From Actinomycetes bacterium (GTDB taxonomy: Bacteria > Actinomycetota > Acidimicrobiia > Acidimicrobiales > GCA-2861595), in the NCBI GenBank assembly GCA_023264975.1, contig JAHFUS010000005.1, positions 10,771-74,770 of the forward strand: 64,000 bases of DNA. The letters are read 5' to 3'. A program made the position numbers and the translations under genes. Shown here in pieces: positions 46,249 through 56,080 of the stretch; positions within the stretch are counted from its first letter, which is position 1, and each line of letters starts with the position of its first letter. The notes below the pieces were generated by a model that had not been told where the DNA came from, ran no database searches, and worked only from the letters and a program-made list of their open reading frames with translations.

Positions 46249-47130
46249 TCAGCGCCTGGCCGGGTACTCGTAGAAGCCCTGGCCGGTCTTGCGGCCCAGT
46301 TGCTCCGCCGTCACCATGCGCTTGAGCAGCGGGGCCGGTGCGAAGCACGCCTCGGGGCGGTCGGCGTGCAGGGCGTCGAGTATCGCCACGCTGGTGTCGA
46401 GGCCGATGAGGTCGAGCAGTTCCAGCGGCCCCATCGGGAACCCGCAGCCACCCTTCATGGCGGCGTCGATGTCCTCCTTGGACGCGGTCTCGGCGTCGAG
46501 CATCTTGACGGCGCCATTGAGGTACGGGAACAGCAGGGCATTGACGATGAAGCCGGCGTTGTCCTTCACCATCACGGTGTCCTTGCCGCAGTCCTCGGCG
46601 AACCGGCGTGCGGTGTCGACGGTGACGGGGTCGGTGGTGACGGCGGGCACGATCTCCACCAGCGGCATCCTCGGGGCGGGGTTGAAGAAGTGGAGGCCGA
46701 CGACCCGGTCGGGCCGGCCGGTGGCCATGGCCACGTCGGACACCGCCAGCGTGGAGGTGTTGGTGGCGAGGATGGTCTCGTCCGAGCAGACCCGGTCGAG
46801 CTCCTGGAACACGCGGCGCTTGACCTCGAGGTCCTCGACGACGGACTCGAGGACGAGCCCGCAACTGCCGAGTTCTTCGATGTCGGTGGTCGTCCGCATC
46901 CGGCCGATGGCGGCGTCGCGGTCCTCGGCCGAGAGCATGCCCTTCTCGACCTGAGAGCTCAGGGACTTCAGGACCCTTCCCATGGCCGCATCGGCGCTTG
47001 ACTGCTGGCGGCTCCGCAGGGTCACGTCGAAGCCGGCCAGTGCGGCCACTTCCGCGATCCCCGAGCCCATGATCCCGGACCCTGCGACGCCTACCGACGT
47101 GAGGCCTTCTGTCTTCGTTGCGGTCGTCAT
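46249..47130 (-). CDS. 3-hydroxyacyl-CoA / 3-hydroxybutyryl-CoA dehydrogenase (copy 2)
   Basis: Trimmed from ORF 46249..48729 to MTTATKTEGLTSVGVAGSGIMGSGIAEV. Blocks HFFNPAPRMPLVE, DNAGFIVNALL, GCGFPMGPL. 293 aa. Confidence 0.9.
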   Translation of the reverse strand: MTTATKTEGLTSVGVAGSGIMGSGIAEVAALAGFDVTLRSRQQSSADAAMGRVLKSLSSQVEKGMLSAEDRDAAIGRMRTTTDIEELGSCGLVLESVVEDLEVKRRVFQELDRVCSDETILATNTSTLAVSDVAMATGRPDRVVGLHFFNPAPRMPLVEIVPAVTTDPVTVDTARRFAEDCGKDTVMVKDNAGFIVNALLFPYLNGAVKMLDAETASKEDIDAAMKGGCGFPMGPLELLDLIGLDTSVAILDALHADRPEACFAPAPLLKRMVTAEQLGRKTGQGFYEYPARR

Positions 47131-47171
47131 TGTGGAGGTATCTCCTTGATCGGTGTTCTCGAAGGCGGACG

Positions 47172-48839
47172 TCACCCGTGGACGTACGTACCTGGCGCAT
47201 CGCAGAGCACGGGGTGCTCGGCACTGCCCATCTCGGGCGGTTTTCGCCGTCGTCCGGCCCGGTCGGCCAGCCACGTCACCCAGTCCTCCCACCACGAGCC
47301 TTCGTGCTCGACGGCCCCTGCCAACCAGAGCTCGGGGTCCTTGGGAAGGGCTTCGTTGATCCAGTGCAACCGCCGCGGCCCCGGTGGGTTCACGATGCCG
47401 GCGATGTGACCGGCCGAGCTGAGCACGAAGCGGACGGCGGCGTTCTCCAGAAGGCCGGTGGTGGCGTACGACGAGCTCCACGGGGTGATGTGGTCCTCCC
47501 TTGCGCCCAGCACGTAGGTGTCGGCCGTGATGGCGTCGAGGCGGAGCGGCTGTCCGGCCAGTTCCATGGTCCCTCGGGCCAGGCGGTTCTCGACGTAGAA
47601 CGAGCGCAGGTACTGCGAATGGGTGGCGGCCGAGATCCGGGTTGCATCGGAGTTCCACGCCAGGATGTCGAAGGCGGGGGGCGTTTCGCCCATGAGCCAG
47701 TTGGCGGCGACGTAGTTCCAGATGAGGTCGTTGGGTCGTAAAGCGTCGAAGGTGGTGGCCATCTCCCGTCCGTCGAGATAGCCCTGCGCGGCCATGCGCT
47801 CCTCGACCCGCGCCACCGCCCGGGCATCGGTGAAGCAGGCCAGGGGGCCCGGTTCGCTGAAGTCGATCAGCGTGTTCAACAACGTGGTGGAGCGGACCTT
47901 GTCCTTGCCGGCCGCCGCCAGCCACGCTTCGAGCATCACGGCGAGGGTGCCGCCGACGCACAGGCCGGCCAGGTTCACCTGGGGAGCGCCGGTGATCCGG
48001 CGCACGACGTCGACCGCCGTCCCCAGCCCGGTGAGGAGGTAGTCGTCGAGGCCGACTTCCCGCATGGACTCGTCCGGGTTGGTGTAGCTGATGGCGAAGG
48101 TAGTGTGCCCGTGGGCAACGGCCCATTCGACGAAGCTCCGGCCGGGCGCCAGGTCCATGACGTAGTAGCGGTTGATCCACGGCGGACTCAGGAGCAGCGG
48201 GACATCGAACACGGTCCCGGTCGCAGGCTCGTACTGGATGAGCTCGATCAGCTCGTTCCGGAAGACGACCCTGCCCGGCGTGCAGCCCAGGTTGGTGCCG
48301 ACCTCGAAGCCCGATGTGTCGACCTGCCGGGGCCGGCCGTGGTTCTCGGCCACGTCGTCGGCCAGGTTCCGCAGGCCACTCACCACGCTGGCGCCCTTGG
48401 TGTCGACCGCCTTGCGCAGGGCCGTGGGGTTCCCCCACAAGAAGTTGGTGGGCGCCAGCGAGTCCACTACCAGGTCGACGGCGAAGCCGGCCTTGCGTGC
48501 TTCGGGGCCGTGGAGGCCGGCAGCCGCAGGCAGGTCTCGCATGGAGCGGGACCAGGCCAGGTAGGCCTGCCGTTGGGCCAGGAACCACGGGCGCTCTTCC
48601 CATGCGGGGTCGCTGAACCGGCGGTCCTTCGGGGCCGGCGCCAGGCGGGGCTGACCCTTCCAACCGAGGGCGCGTGCGGCCGATTGTGCTCCGGCGGCCG
48701 CCATGCCGGCACCGAGGCGCGTGGCCCACTGCAGGGCCGGTACGGGCCGGGTGGCCATGCGGGCACCCACGTGAACCAGGGCCCGGCCGAACGAGCTGGG
48801 GTCACTGGCGGCGACGGAGGCGCACTTCCCGGGGCTCAT
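47172..48839 (-). CDS. phaC: Class I poly(3-hydroxyalkanoate) synthase PhaC (copy 1)
   Basis: Trimmed from ORF 47172..49256 to MSPGKCASVAAS (ATGA overlap with the upstream stop). Blocks DRRFSDPAW, PLLLSPPWINRYYVMDL and the lipase box GLCVGG. 555 aa. Confidence 0.9.
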   Translation of the reverse strand: MSPGKCASVAASDPSSFGRALVHVGARMATRPVPALQWATRLGAGMAAAGAQSAARALGWKGQPRLAPAPKDRRFSDPAWEERPWFLAQRQAYLAWSRSMRDLPAAAGLHGPEARKAGFAVDLVVDSLAPTNFLWGNPTALRKAVDTKGASVVSGLRNLADDVAENHGRPRQVDTSGFEVGTNLGCTPGRVVFRNELIELIQYEPATGTVFDVPLLLSPPWINRYYVMDLAPGRSFVEWAVAHGHTTFAISYTNPDESMREVGLDDYLLTGLGTAVDVVRRITGAPQVNLAGLCVGGTLAVMLEAWLAAAGKDKVRSTTLLNTLIDFSEPGPLACFTDARAVARVEERMAAQGYLDGREMATTFDALRPNDLIWNYVAANWLMGETPPAFDILAWNSDATRISAATHSQYLRSFYVENRLARGTMELAGQPLRLDAITADTYVLGAREDHITPWSSSYATTGLLENAAVRFVLSSAGHIAGIVNPPGPRRLHWINEALPKDPELWLAGAVEHEGSWWEDWVTWLADRAGRRRKPPEMGSAEHPVLCDAPGTYVHG

Positions 48840-49396
48840 GCGCGGGTCCCGCCCGAGCCACCGGGGACATCGACGTAGTAGTGGAACAAGATGTCGGCCA
48901 CGCAGCCCGGCTTGACCTGCCCCTCGACCTCGTAGGTCAGGCGGTAGGTGGTCTGGAAGCCGCCGGCCAGAGTCTTCACGGCCGGGAGCGCGATGAGCGC
49001 ACGCACCCGCGAGCCGACGCGAACGGGTGCCGGGAAGCGCACCCGGTCCGAGCCGTAGTTGAGGATGAGCCCTGCGCCGCGCACGGTGACGACCTCGTAG
49101 AGGAACACAGTCGACAGCGAGAGGGTGAAGTAGCCGTGGGCCACGGTTGTCGCGAAGGGCCCGCTCGCCGAACGCACGGGATCGACATGGATCCACTGCT
49201 CGTCGCCGGTCAGGCGGGCGAAGGTATCGACCTCGTCCTGGGTGATGTGGTGCCATGAACTCTGCCCGAGCGTGTGGCCGGCCCGCGCCGGGAGATCGGC
49301 GATGTCGATGACTGAACTTGTGGTCTGCTCGTTCTGGGGCATGTCCTCCGGTCCGGCGGGGCGGCTGTGCTGCTCCGGCCCGGTCACGTACGGCAC
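48836..49396 (-). CDS. MaoC-like (R)-specific enoyl-CoA hydratase (PhaJ-like hot-dog fold)
   Basis: 186 aa. Blocks VDTFARLTGDEQWIHVD and TVAHGYFTLSL. Start uncertain (GTG 49396 or ATG 49342). Confidence 0.82.
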   Translation of the reverse strand: MPYVTGPEQHSRPAGPEDMPQNEQTTSSVIDIADLPARAGHTLGQSSWHHITQDEVDTFARLTGDEQWIHVDPVRSASGPFATTVAHGYFTLSLSTVFLYEVVTVRGAGLILNYGSDRVRFPAPVRVGSRVRALIALPAVKTLAGGFQTTYRLTYEVEGQVKPGCVADILFHYYVDVPGGSGGTRA

Positions 49397-49631
49397 TGGT
49401 GCGCGTCTCGATGGGTCAAGGGTCCGACTCTGCGACGGCGCCCCATCGCTCCCGTCCTGTTGCCATCATGCGCTACTCGAGTTACGCCCTCGTGGCTTGA
49501 GTACCAAGGGCCCATGACCGTTCTGTGAAAGCCGCCTGAACGCCCGACGCCAACCCCTCGGGGCGTTCGGGATGGCTTCAACTCCCGCGCCTACCCCGCA
49601 CTGCACCGGCCGAAACACAGAAAAGTTTTAT

Positions 49632-49661
49632 TTCTCATACCGAGCATGTGCGTGGTATAGT
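49632..49661 (+). promoter_or_regulatory. Candidate promoter of the phasin-like gene in an AT-rich island
   Basis: Extended -10 TGGTATAGT (49653..49661). Weak -35 TTCTCA (49632..49637) at 18-nt spacing. ~35 nt upstream of the GGGAGG SD and ATG 49696. Confidence 0.35.
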
Positions 49662-49695
49662 TAACTAACCAACCGGAACAGAAAGGGAGGCTCAC

Positions 49696-50004
49696 ATGCC
49701 AACCGCGCTTGACGCCACCACCGAGATCCAGCAGAAGTTCCTCGACGGGCTGGAGGCGAGCCAGAAGGCGTTCGTCTCCATCGTGGGCACCTGGGCCGAC
49801 ACCGTGGAGGCAGTCGTCGCCAAGCTGCCCGAGCTGATGTTCACGCAGCCGGTCAAGCCCACAGAAGCAATGGAGAGCCTGTTCGGGTTCACCGAGAAGG
49901 TGCTGGCCGGCCAGAGGGACTTCGCCAGCCAAGTGTTCCAGGCGGCAATGCCGGCCACCAAGGCGCCGGCCACCGCGGCCCGGGCTGCGTCCTCCAAGGC
50001 CTGA
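49696..50004 (+). CDS. Small hypothetical protein, phasin-like by composition and context
   Basis: 102 aa, helical, Ala/Glu/Lys/Gln-rich (MPTALDATTEIQQKFLDGLEASQKAFVSIVGTWADTVEAVV..). GGGAGG SD. Sits between two phaC genes. Not confidently assigned to a phasin family. Confidence 0.6.
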   Translation: MPTALDATTEIQQKFLDGLEASQKAFVSIVGTWADTVEAVVAKLPELMFTQPVKPTEAMESLFGFTEKVLAGQRDFASQVFQAAMPATKAPATAARAASSKA

Positions 50005-50179
50005 GCGGGGTCACGCCGCCGGCCGCCCGTCCACGGGCACGTCCGCAAAGTCGGCTACAGGTAGGTGGGTCCCCCCACCTCGTGGCGGAGGCTGGGGGAT
50101 GGGGCCCCGGCCGGGTAGATAGCATTGCGTTCACGAGGAGTGTGGACACCGAGGGTGCGATGGGTGGTCGGCGGCGGGA

Positions 50180-50578
50180 GTGGCGGTGACTGACGACCCG
50201 TGGCAGGCGCACCGTGAGGCGCTCGGCGGATTTCTGAGGGCACAACGCAGCCTGGCCAAGCTGTCGCTGCGCGAGATGGCGGAACGCACGAAGGTGTCCA
50301 ACGCCTACCTCAGCCAGATCGAGCGGGGACTGCACGCGCCGTCGGTGCGCGTGCTCCGCTCCATCGCCCAGGCGCTCGACCTGTCGGCTGAGGCCGTGCT
50401 GGCCCAGGCCGGCTTGGTCGACGCCGCCGGCGGGGCCGACCAGGAGGACGGGACCGACCGTCCGGCCAGGGGAGGGACCGAGGCGGCCATCCGCCAGGAC
50501 CCGTCGTTGACTGACGACCAGAAGGAGGCGTTGCTCAGCGTGTACCGCAGCTACCGAGGCGCCAACCGACTTGGCTGA
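50180..50578 (+). CDS. XRE-family helix-turn-helix transcriptional regulator
   Basis: 132 aa. HTH_3 pattern LRAQRSLAKLSLREMAERTKVSNAYLSQIERGLHAPSVRVLRSIAQAL. Overlaps the phaC copy 2 start by 8 nt. Confidence 0.8.
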   Translation: MAVTDDPWQAHREALGGFLRAQRSLAKLSLREMAERTKVSNAYLSQIERGLHAPSVRVLRSIAQALDLSAEAVLAQAGLVDAAGGADQEDGTDRPARGGTEAAIRQDPSLTDDQKEALLSVYRSYRGANRLG

Positions 50579-52307
50579 GACGGACGGGGTCACCGACCCG
50601 ACCATCACGCCAGCGGCCGCCGCCGCCGCCGCCGCCGACGCGCTCGGCCCCGAAGTAGGCCTGCTGGCCGGATTGGAGTCGGCCCTTTCCCCCGAAGCCC
50701 TGAGCCACTTCGGCGTCGCGCTTGCGGCGCACCCCACCAGGGTCGTTGGGCCGACCCGGCGCTTCGGCCTCGCACTGGCGGAGGCCGCGTACGCCACGAC
50801 GGCCCGTTGGTTCGGGGGGTCTCGGCCGGCGCCACTGGAGCCCGAGGCAGGCGACCGCCGCTTCCTCGACCCCGCCTGGCGTGACCACCCGTGGTTCTTC
50901 GGGCTCGAGCAGGGCTATCTGGCGTGGGCCCGCTACATGCACGAGTTGCTCGACGCAGCCGACCTGGAACAAGGTGAGGGCGAGCGGGCCAGGCACAAGC
51001 TTGGACTGGTGGTCGACGGGTTGTCGCCCACCAACTTCCTGGCCACCAACCCGCTCGCCCTGCGTCGCGCCGTCGAGACCAAGGGCGCGTCGGTGGTCGC
51101 CGGCGTGCACAACTTCCTGGACGATCTGGCGACCAACGGTGGGAAGCCGAGGCAGGTCGACGCGTCGAAGTTCCGGGTGGGCGAGAACCTGGCCTGCACG
51201 CCCGGCAAGGTGGTGTTCCGCAACGAGTTGATGGAGCTCATCCAGTACGCGCCCACCACCAAGACGGTGCACACCACCCCGTTGCTCTGCAGCCCGCCGT
51301 GGATCAACAAGTACTACGTCATGGACCTTGCGCCCGGGCGCAGCTTCATCGAGTGGGCCGTGGCCCAGGGCCACACCGTGTTCGCCATCAGCTACGTCAA
51401 CCCTGGCGAGTCGATGCGGGACGTGGCCCTCGACGACTATCTGCTGAAGGGCCCGTACGAGGCGCTCGACGTCATTTCCGAGATCACCGGCACCGACAAG
51501 TTCAACATCGTCGGCCTTTGCCTGGGGGGATCGCTCTCGGTGATGCTCCTCGCCCACCTGGCGGCACACGGCAGGGACCGGGCCCGGTCCGTCACCCTGC
51601 TCAACACGCTGGTCGACTTCAGCGAGCCGGGCCCCATGGGCTGCTTCGTCGACCGCACCTCGGTCGAGCACCTCGAGAAGAAGATGCAGAGCCGGGGCTA
51701 TCTCGACTCGACCGAGATGTCGGGGATGTTCGACGTCCTGCGCTCGCGTGACCTGATCTGGAACTACGTGGTGACCGGGTGGCTGCTGGGCGAGAAGCCG
51801 CCCGCCTTCGACATCCTGGCCTGGAACGCGGACGCCACCCGGATGCCGGCTGACATGCACTCGTTCTATCTGCGCTGCTGCTACGTGGAGAACGAGTTGG
51901 CGCGTGGCGCCATGACGCTGGCCGGCACCCGCCTCGACGTCGGGAAGGTGACGGCCGACGCCTACATCCTCTCTGCCAAGGAGGACCACATCGCGCCGTG
52001 GCGGTCCGCGTACGCCACCACCACGTTGCTGGGCGGCGACAACCGCTTCGTGCTGAGCTCATCCGGCCACGTCGCCGGAATCGTCAACCCTCCGAACTCC
52101 AAGCGGAAGTACTGGACGAACGACACGCTGGCCGAGCAGCCGGACGACTGGCTTGCGGGCGCCGGCGAGCATCAGGGCTCGTGGTGGCAGGACTGGGGGC
52201 CCTGGATCGCCGAGCGCGCCGGCGCCCGCCGGAAGCCGCCCGCCATGGGGAGCACAGCCCATCCCCCGCTCGCCGATGCGCCGGGGGACTACGTCCACCA
52301 GCCCTGA
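50571..52307 (+). CDS. phaC: Class I poly(3-hydroxyalkanoate) synthase PhaC (copy 2)
   Basis: 578 aa. Blocks DRRFLDPAW and PLLCSPPWINKYYVMDL, lipase box GLCLGG. Clearly paralogous to copy 1 along the whole length. TTG start. Confidence 0.9.
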   Translation: MAETDGVTDPTITPAAAAAAAADALGPEVGLLAGLESALSPEALSHFGVALAAHPTRVVGPTRRFGLALAEAAYATTARWFGGSRPAPLEPEAGDRRFLDPAWRDHPWFFGLEQGYLAWARYMHELLDAADLEQGEGERARHKLGLVVDGLSPTNFLATNPLALRRAVETKGASVVAGVHNFLDDLATNGGKPRQVDASKFRVGENLACTPGKVVFRNELMELIQYAPTTKTVHTTPLLCSPPWINKYYVMDLAPGRSFIEWAVAQGHTVFAISYVNPGESMRDVALDDYLLKGPYEALDVISEITGTDKFNIVGLCLGGSLSVMLLAHLAAHGRDRARSVTLLNTLVDFSEPGPMGCFVDRTSVEHLEKKMQSRGYLDSTEMSGMFDVLRSRDLIWNYVVTGWLLGEKPPAFDILAWNADATRMPADMHSFYLRCCYVENELARGAMTLAGTRLDVGKVTADAYILSAKEDHIAPWRSAYATTTLLGGDNRFVLSSSGHVAGIVNPPNSKRKYWTNDTLAEQPDDWLAGAGEHQGSWWQDWGPWIAERAGARRKPPAMGSTAHPPLADAPGDYVHQP

Positions 52308-52327
52308 CCTCGTGCCACCATGCGGTG

Positions 52328-52687
52328 ATGGAGGTGACACGGGTGGATCGGTGGCTGTGGGCCGTCCGCCTCTACAAGACCCGTTCCGAGGCGACGGCCG
52401 CCTGCAGGGCCAACCATGTCCGGGTGAACGGTTTGCCGGCGAAACCGGCCTCGTCGGTGCGGGTCGGCGACAGGGTGGAGGCGCGGGCGCAAGGTCGGGA
52501 GCGGGTCCTTGAGGTCGTCGACGTCCTCGACAAGCGGGTGAGCGCGAAGGTGGCGGCCGAGAGCCACGTCGACCACAGCCCGCCGCCCCTGCGCGACGCC
52601 GAGGCGCCGGCGTTCCTCCGTGATCCCGCCGACGGCCGCCCCACCAAGCGCGATCGGCGCCGGCTCGACCGCCTCCGCGGCCGCTGA
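52328..52687 (+). CDS. S4-domain RNA-binding protein (Hsp15/YlmH-like)
   Basis: In-frame tail of ORF 51998..52687 from ATG 52328. MEVTRVDRWLWAVRLYKTRSEATAACRANHVRVNG is a typical S4 alpha-L motif. Confidence 0.8.
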   Translation: MEVTRVDRWLWAVRLYKTRSEATAACRANHVRVNGLPAKPASSVRVGDRVEARAQGRERVLEVVDVLDKRVSAKVAAESHVDHSPPPLRDAEAPAFLRDPADGRPTKRDRRRLDRLRGR

Positions 52688-52792
52688 CCCGTAGGGTCGT
52701 GGGCCTGCCATGCCGATCCCGACTGGACCACCGACCGCCGACGCCCTCCGGTCGGCCGGAGTGGTCCGTTCCGGTACGGATGGGCTGACCAA

Positions 52793-55333
52793 ATGGGCCG
52801 GGTGGGCTCTCCGGCGACCGGCCCGGGGGGACCGGTGACCACGTTGACCGACCGGATCGGGCCCGGCGCCGTGGCGGACGACGTGTTCGACGTCTTCGTC
52901 TCATGGGCGGACGAGCGCGGCCTCACCCTCTATCCGGCACAGGAGGAGGCGCTCATCGAGATCGTGTCGGGATCCAACGTGATCCTCAGCACCCCGACCG
53001 GCTCGGGCAAGAGCCTGGTGGCGGTGGGTGCCCATCTGGCTGCGCTGGCGGACGGACGGCGCACCTTCTACACGGCGCCCATCAAGGCGCTGGTCTCCGA
53101 GAAGTTCTTCGACCTGTGCGCCACGTTCGGCACCGACAGCGTCGGGATGATGACGGGTGACTCGAGCGTCAACGCCAAGGCCCCGATCATCTGCTGCACG
53201 GCCGAGATCCTGGCCAACATGGCGCTGCGCGACGGGGACGCGTCGACCGTGGGCCAGGTCGTCATGGACGAGTTCCACTTCTACGCGGAGCCCGACCGGG
53301 GCTGGGCCTGGCAAGTGCCGCTCCTCGCCCTGCCCAAGGCCCAGTTCCTCTTGATGTCGGCCACCCTCGGCGACGTGAGCGGGCTGGGAGCCGACCTCAC
53401 CAGGCGCACCGGGCGCCCGACGGCGTTGGTGACCAACACGACGCGGCCCGTGCCGCTGCACTACTCCTTCCGCACCTCGCCGCTGCACGAGACGCTGGAG
53501 GAGCTGCTGGCCACCCAGCAGGCGCCCGTCTACGTGGTGCACTTCACCCAGGCGGCGGCGGTGGAGCGGGCCCAGGCGCTGATGAGCGTGAACGTCTGCA
53601 CCCGTGAGGAGAAGGACGCCATCGCCGAAGTCGTGGCCGGCTTCCGCTTCACCACCGCCTTCGGGCGCACCCTCTCGCGCTACGTGCGCCACGGCATCGG
53701 CGTGCACCACGCCGGCATGCTCCCCAAGTACCGCCGCCTGGTGGAGCGCCTGGCCCAGGCCGGCCTGCTCAAGGTCATCTGCGGCACCGACACCCTCGGC
53801 GTGGGCATCAACGTGCCCATCCGCAGCGTGCTGTTCTGCGCCCTCAGCAAGTACGACGGCGTCAAGGTCCGGTTGCTCAGTGCTCGGGAGTTCCACCAGA
53901 TCGCAGGGCGGGCCGGCCGGGCCGGCTTCGACACGGCCGGTACCGTCGTCGCCCAGGCGCCGGACCACGTGGTGGAGAACGAGCGGTCTCTGGCCAAGGC
54001 GGGCGACGATCCGCGCCTGCGACGCAAGGTGGTCCGCAAGAAGCCGCCCGACGGGTTTGTGTCGTGGGGCCTGCCGACGTTCGAGCGCCTGATGGCGGCC
54101 GCACCCGAGACGATGACGTCGAGCTTCGTCGTGTCGCATTCGATGCTGCTCAACGTGCTCGACCGTCCCGGTGACGGGTGCTCCGCCCTGCGCGCCCTAC
54201 TGGTCGACAACCACGAGAACCGGCCGGCACAACGCCGCCACATCCGCCGCTCCATCGCCATCTTCCGCTCGTTGGTGGCGGCCGGCGTTGTGGAGCGGCT
54301 CGATCAACCCGACCGGGACGGGCGTACCGTGCGGGTCACCGTCGACCTCCAGGCCGACTTCGCCCTCAACCAACCGCTCAGCCCGTTCGCCCTTGCCGCC
54401 TTCGAGCTCCTCGACCGCCAGTCGGAGACCTACGCTCTCGACGTCCTCTCCATCGTGGAGGCCACGCTCGATGACCCGTCGAAGGTGCTCTACGCCCAGG
54501 AGAGCAAGGCCAAAGGTGAGGCCGTCACCGAGATGAAGGCGGCCGGCATCGAGTACGAGGAGCGTATGGCCCGCCTCGAGACGATCTCGTGGCCCAAGCC
54601 CCTGGCCGAGCTTCTGGGTGTGGCGTTCGACGCCTACCGCTCCGGCCACCCGTGGGTCGCCGACCACGCCCTGTCGCCCAAGTCGGTGGCCCGCGACCTG
54701 TACGAGCGGGCCATGACCTTCAACGACTTCACTGGCTACTACCAGCTGGCCCGGTCGGAGGGCGTGGTGCTGCGGTACCTGAGCGACGCCTTCAGGGCGC
54801 TGAACCAGACGGTGCCGGAGGGTGCCAAGACCGAGGAGCTGTACGACCTCACGGAGTGGCTCGGCACCCTTGTGCGCCAGGTGGACAGCTCGCTGCTCGA
54901 CGAATGGGAGCAGCTCCGCCACCCGGAGGCGGCCGTGCCCGGTGCGGCGCTGGACGACACCCCTCCGGCGGTGACGGCCAATCGGCGCGCCTTCGGTGTC
55001 CTGGTGCGCAACGCCATGTTCCGACGGGTGGAGCTGGCCGCCCTGCGCCGGTATACGGCGCTCGCCGAGATCGACACCGACTGGAGCGCGAGTCAATGGG
55101 AGGAGGCCATGGCTCCCTACTTCGCCGAGCACCCGTCGATCGGCACCGGGCAGGCGGCCCGTTCGAGCGCTCTGGTACAGGTGGTCGAGAGCGCGGAGCG
55201 GTGGGAGGTGCGCCAGGTCCTCGACGATCCCTCCGGGTTCCACGAGTGGGCCATGGTCGCCACAGTCGACCTGGCCGCCAGCGTGGAGGCGGGCGAGGCG
55301 GTGGTGCGCCCCACCGGGGTCGAGCGCCTGTAG
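52793..55333 (+). CDS. DEAD/DEAH-box (SF2, Ski2-like) helicase with DUF3516-type C-terminal region
   Basis: 846 aa. Walker A STPTGSGKS, motif II MDEFHF, motif III MSATLG, motif VI QIAGRAGRAG. Long helical C-terminal extension. Confidence 0.9.
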   Translation: MGRVGSPATGPGGPVTTLTDRIGPGAVADDVFDVFVSWADERGLTLYPAQEEALIEIVSGSNVILSTPTGSGKSLVAVGAHLAALADGRRTFYTAPIKALVSEKFFDLCATFGTDSVGMMTGDSSVNAKAPIICCTAEILANMALRDGDASTVGQVVMDEFHFYAEPDRGWAWQVPLLALPKAQFLLMSATLGDVSGLGADLTRRTGRPTALVTNTTRPVPLHYSFRTSPLHETLEELLATQQAPVYVVHFTQAAAVERAQALMSVNVCTREEKDAIAEVVAGFRFTTAFGRTLSRYVRHGIGVHHAGMLPKYRRLVERLAQAGLLKVICGTDTLGVGINVPIRSVLFCALSKYDGVKVRLLSAREFHQIAGRAGRAGFDTAGTVVAQAPDHVVENERSLAKAGDDPRLRRKVVRKKPPDGFVSWGLPTFERLMAAAPETMTSSFVVSHSMLLNVLDRPGDGCSALRALLVDNHENRPAQRRHIRRSIAIFRSLVAAGVVERLDQPDRDGRTVRVTVDLQADFALNQPLSPFALAAFELLDRQSETYALDVLSIVEATLDDPSKVLYAQESKAKGEAVTEMKAAGIEYEERMARLETISWPKPLAELLGVAFDAYRSGHPWVADHALSPKSVARDLYERAMTFNDFTGYYQLARSEGVVLRYLSDAFRALNQTVPEGAKTEELYDLTEWLGTLVRQVDSSLLDEWEQLRHPEAAVPGAALDDTPPAVTANRRAFGVLVRNAMFRRVELAALRRYTALAEIDTDWSASQWEEAMAPYFAEHPSIGTGQAARSSALVQVVESAERWEVRQVLDDPSGFHEWAMVATVDLAASVEAGEAVVRPTGVERL

Positions 55334-55462
55334 CGAGCTGGCCGGCGGGCGGCTGTTCGTGGCGCCGGCCGCCAGTGCGCACTCAACTCACGCGCTTGAC
55401 ACATGGGGACCGGCGGCCCGACCTGTAAGACTTGGGTCCTGGAGTCGAGGGGAGCGTGTGAC

Positions 55463-55975
55463 GTGAGGCTGAAGATGCTGGCGATGCTGATGGCGGCTAT
55501 GGGAGTGCTGGGCGCGTGCGGCGACGACAAGCCGTCCACCACGGCGACGGCAGGCAAGACGACAACTCCGAAGGGGTCGAGTGGCACCGGCATCGATGAT
55601 GTGACCAAATCCGTCGGTGCCTTCGGATCGGCGGAGTGCAGGAAGGCGGCGGGGGCCCTCGCCGCCGTGGCCGGCGCGATGCCGCAGGCGCTCACCGGCG
55701 GCAAGGCGGACGTGGGTGGCTCCATCGCCGAACTCGAGGCTTTCGCCAAGGGTGCCCCGTCGGATATCAGGCCCTCCATCGAGGTGCTGGCGACGGGCTA
55801 TTCGGAGATCGCCGCCGCCCTCAAGGATGCGGACTACGACCCCTCCAGTGGGAAGGCGCCGTCGGAGGAAACGCTGAAGAAGCTCCAGGCGGCGAGCGAG
55901 CGACTCGATGGGACGGAGTTCCAGGAAGCGGCCGAGCGAGTGAACGCGTGGTTCACCAAGGAGTGCGGGAAGTAA
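55463..55975 (+). CDS. Lipoprotein of unknown function
   Basis: In-frame part of ORF 55403..55975 from GTG 55463 (GAGGGGAG upstream). Signal plus lipobox MLAMLMAAMGVLGACG. Confidence 0.7.
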   Translation: MRLKMLAMLMAAMGVLGACGDDKPSTTATAGKTTTPKGSSGTGIDDVTKSVGAFGSAECRKAAGALAAVAGAMPQALTGGKADVGGSIAELEAFAKGAPSDIRPSIEVLATGYSEIAAALKDADYDPSSGKAPSEETLKKLQAASERLDGTEFQEAAERVNAWFTKECGK

Positions 55976-56080
55976 CCCCCGCGCCGGCCTGCTGGCCGCC
56001 ATGGTGTGACGTCGCAGGGCGCGTACGCCGAGTCGGCCATGCGGTGCGCCGCTCGTTCCATCTACCGCTGCGCCACCCAT

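Noticed and set aside
49397-49695. 300-bp intergenic region (and other gaps) inspected for tRNA-Sec (selC), other tRNAs or sRNAs
   Set aside because: I saw no cloverleaf-compatible sequence and no GGTTCGAATCC-type T-arm anywhere in the window. There is only a modest hairpin (GAACGCCC-n14-GGGCGTTC) and promoter-like AT-rich DNA.
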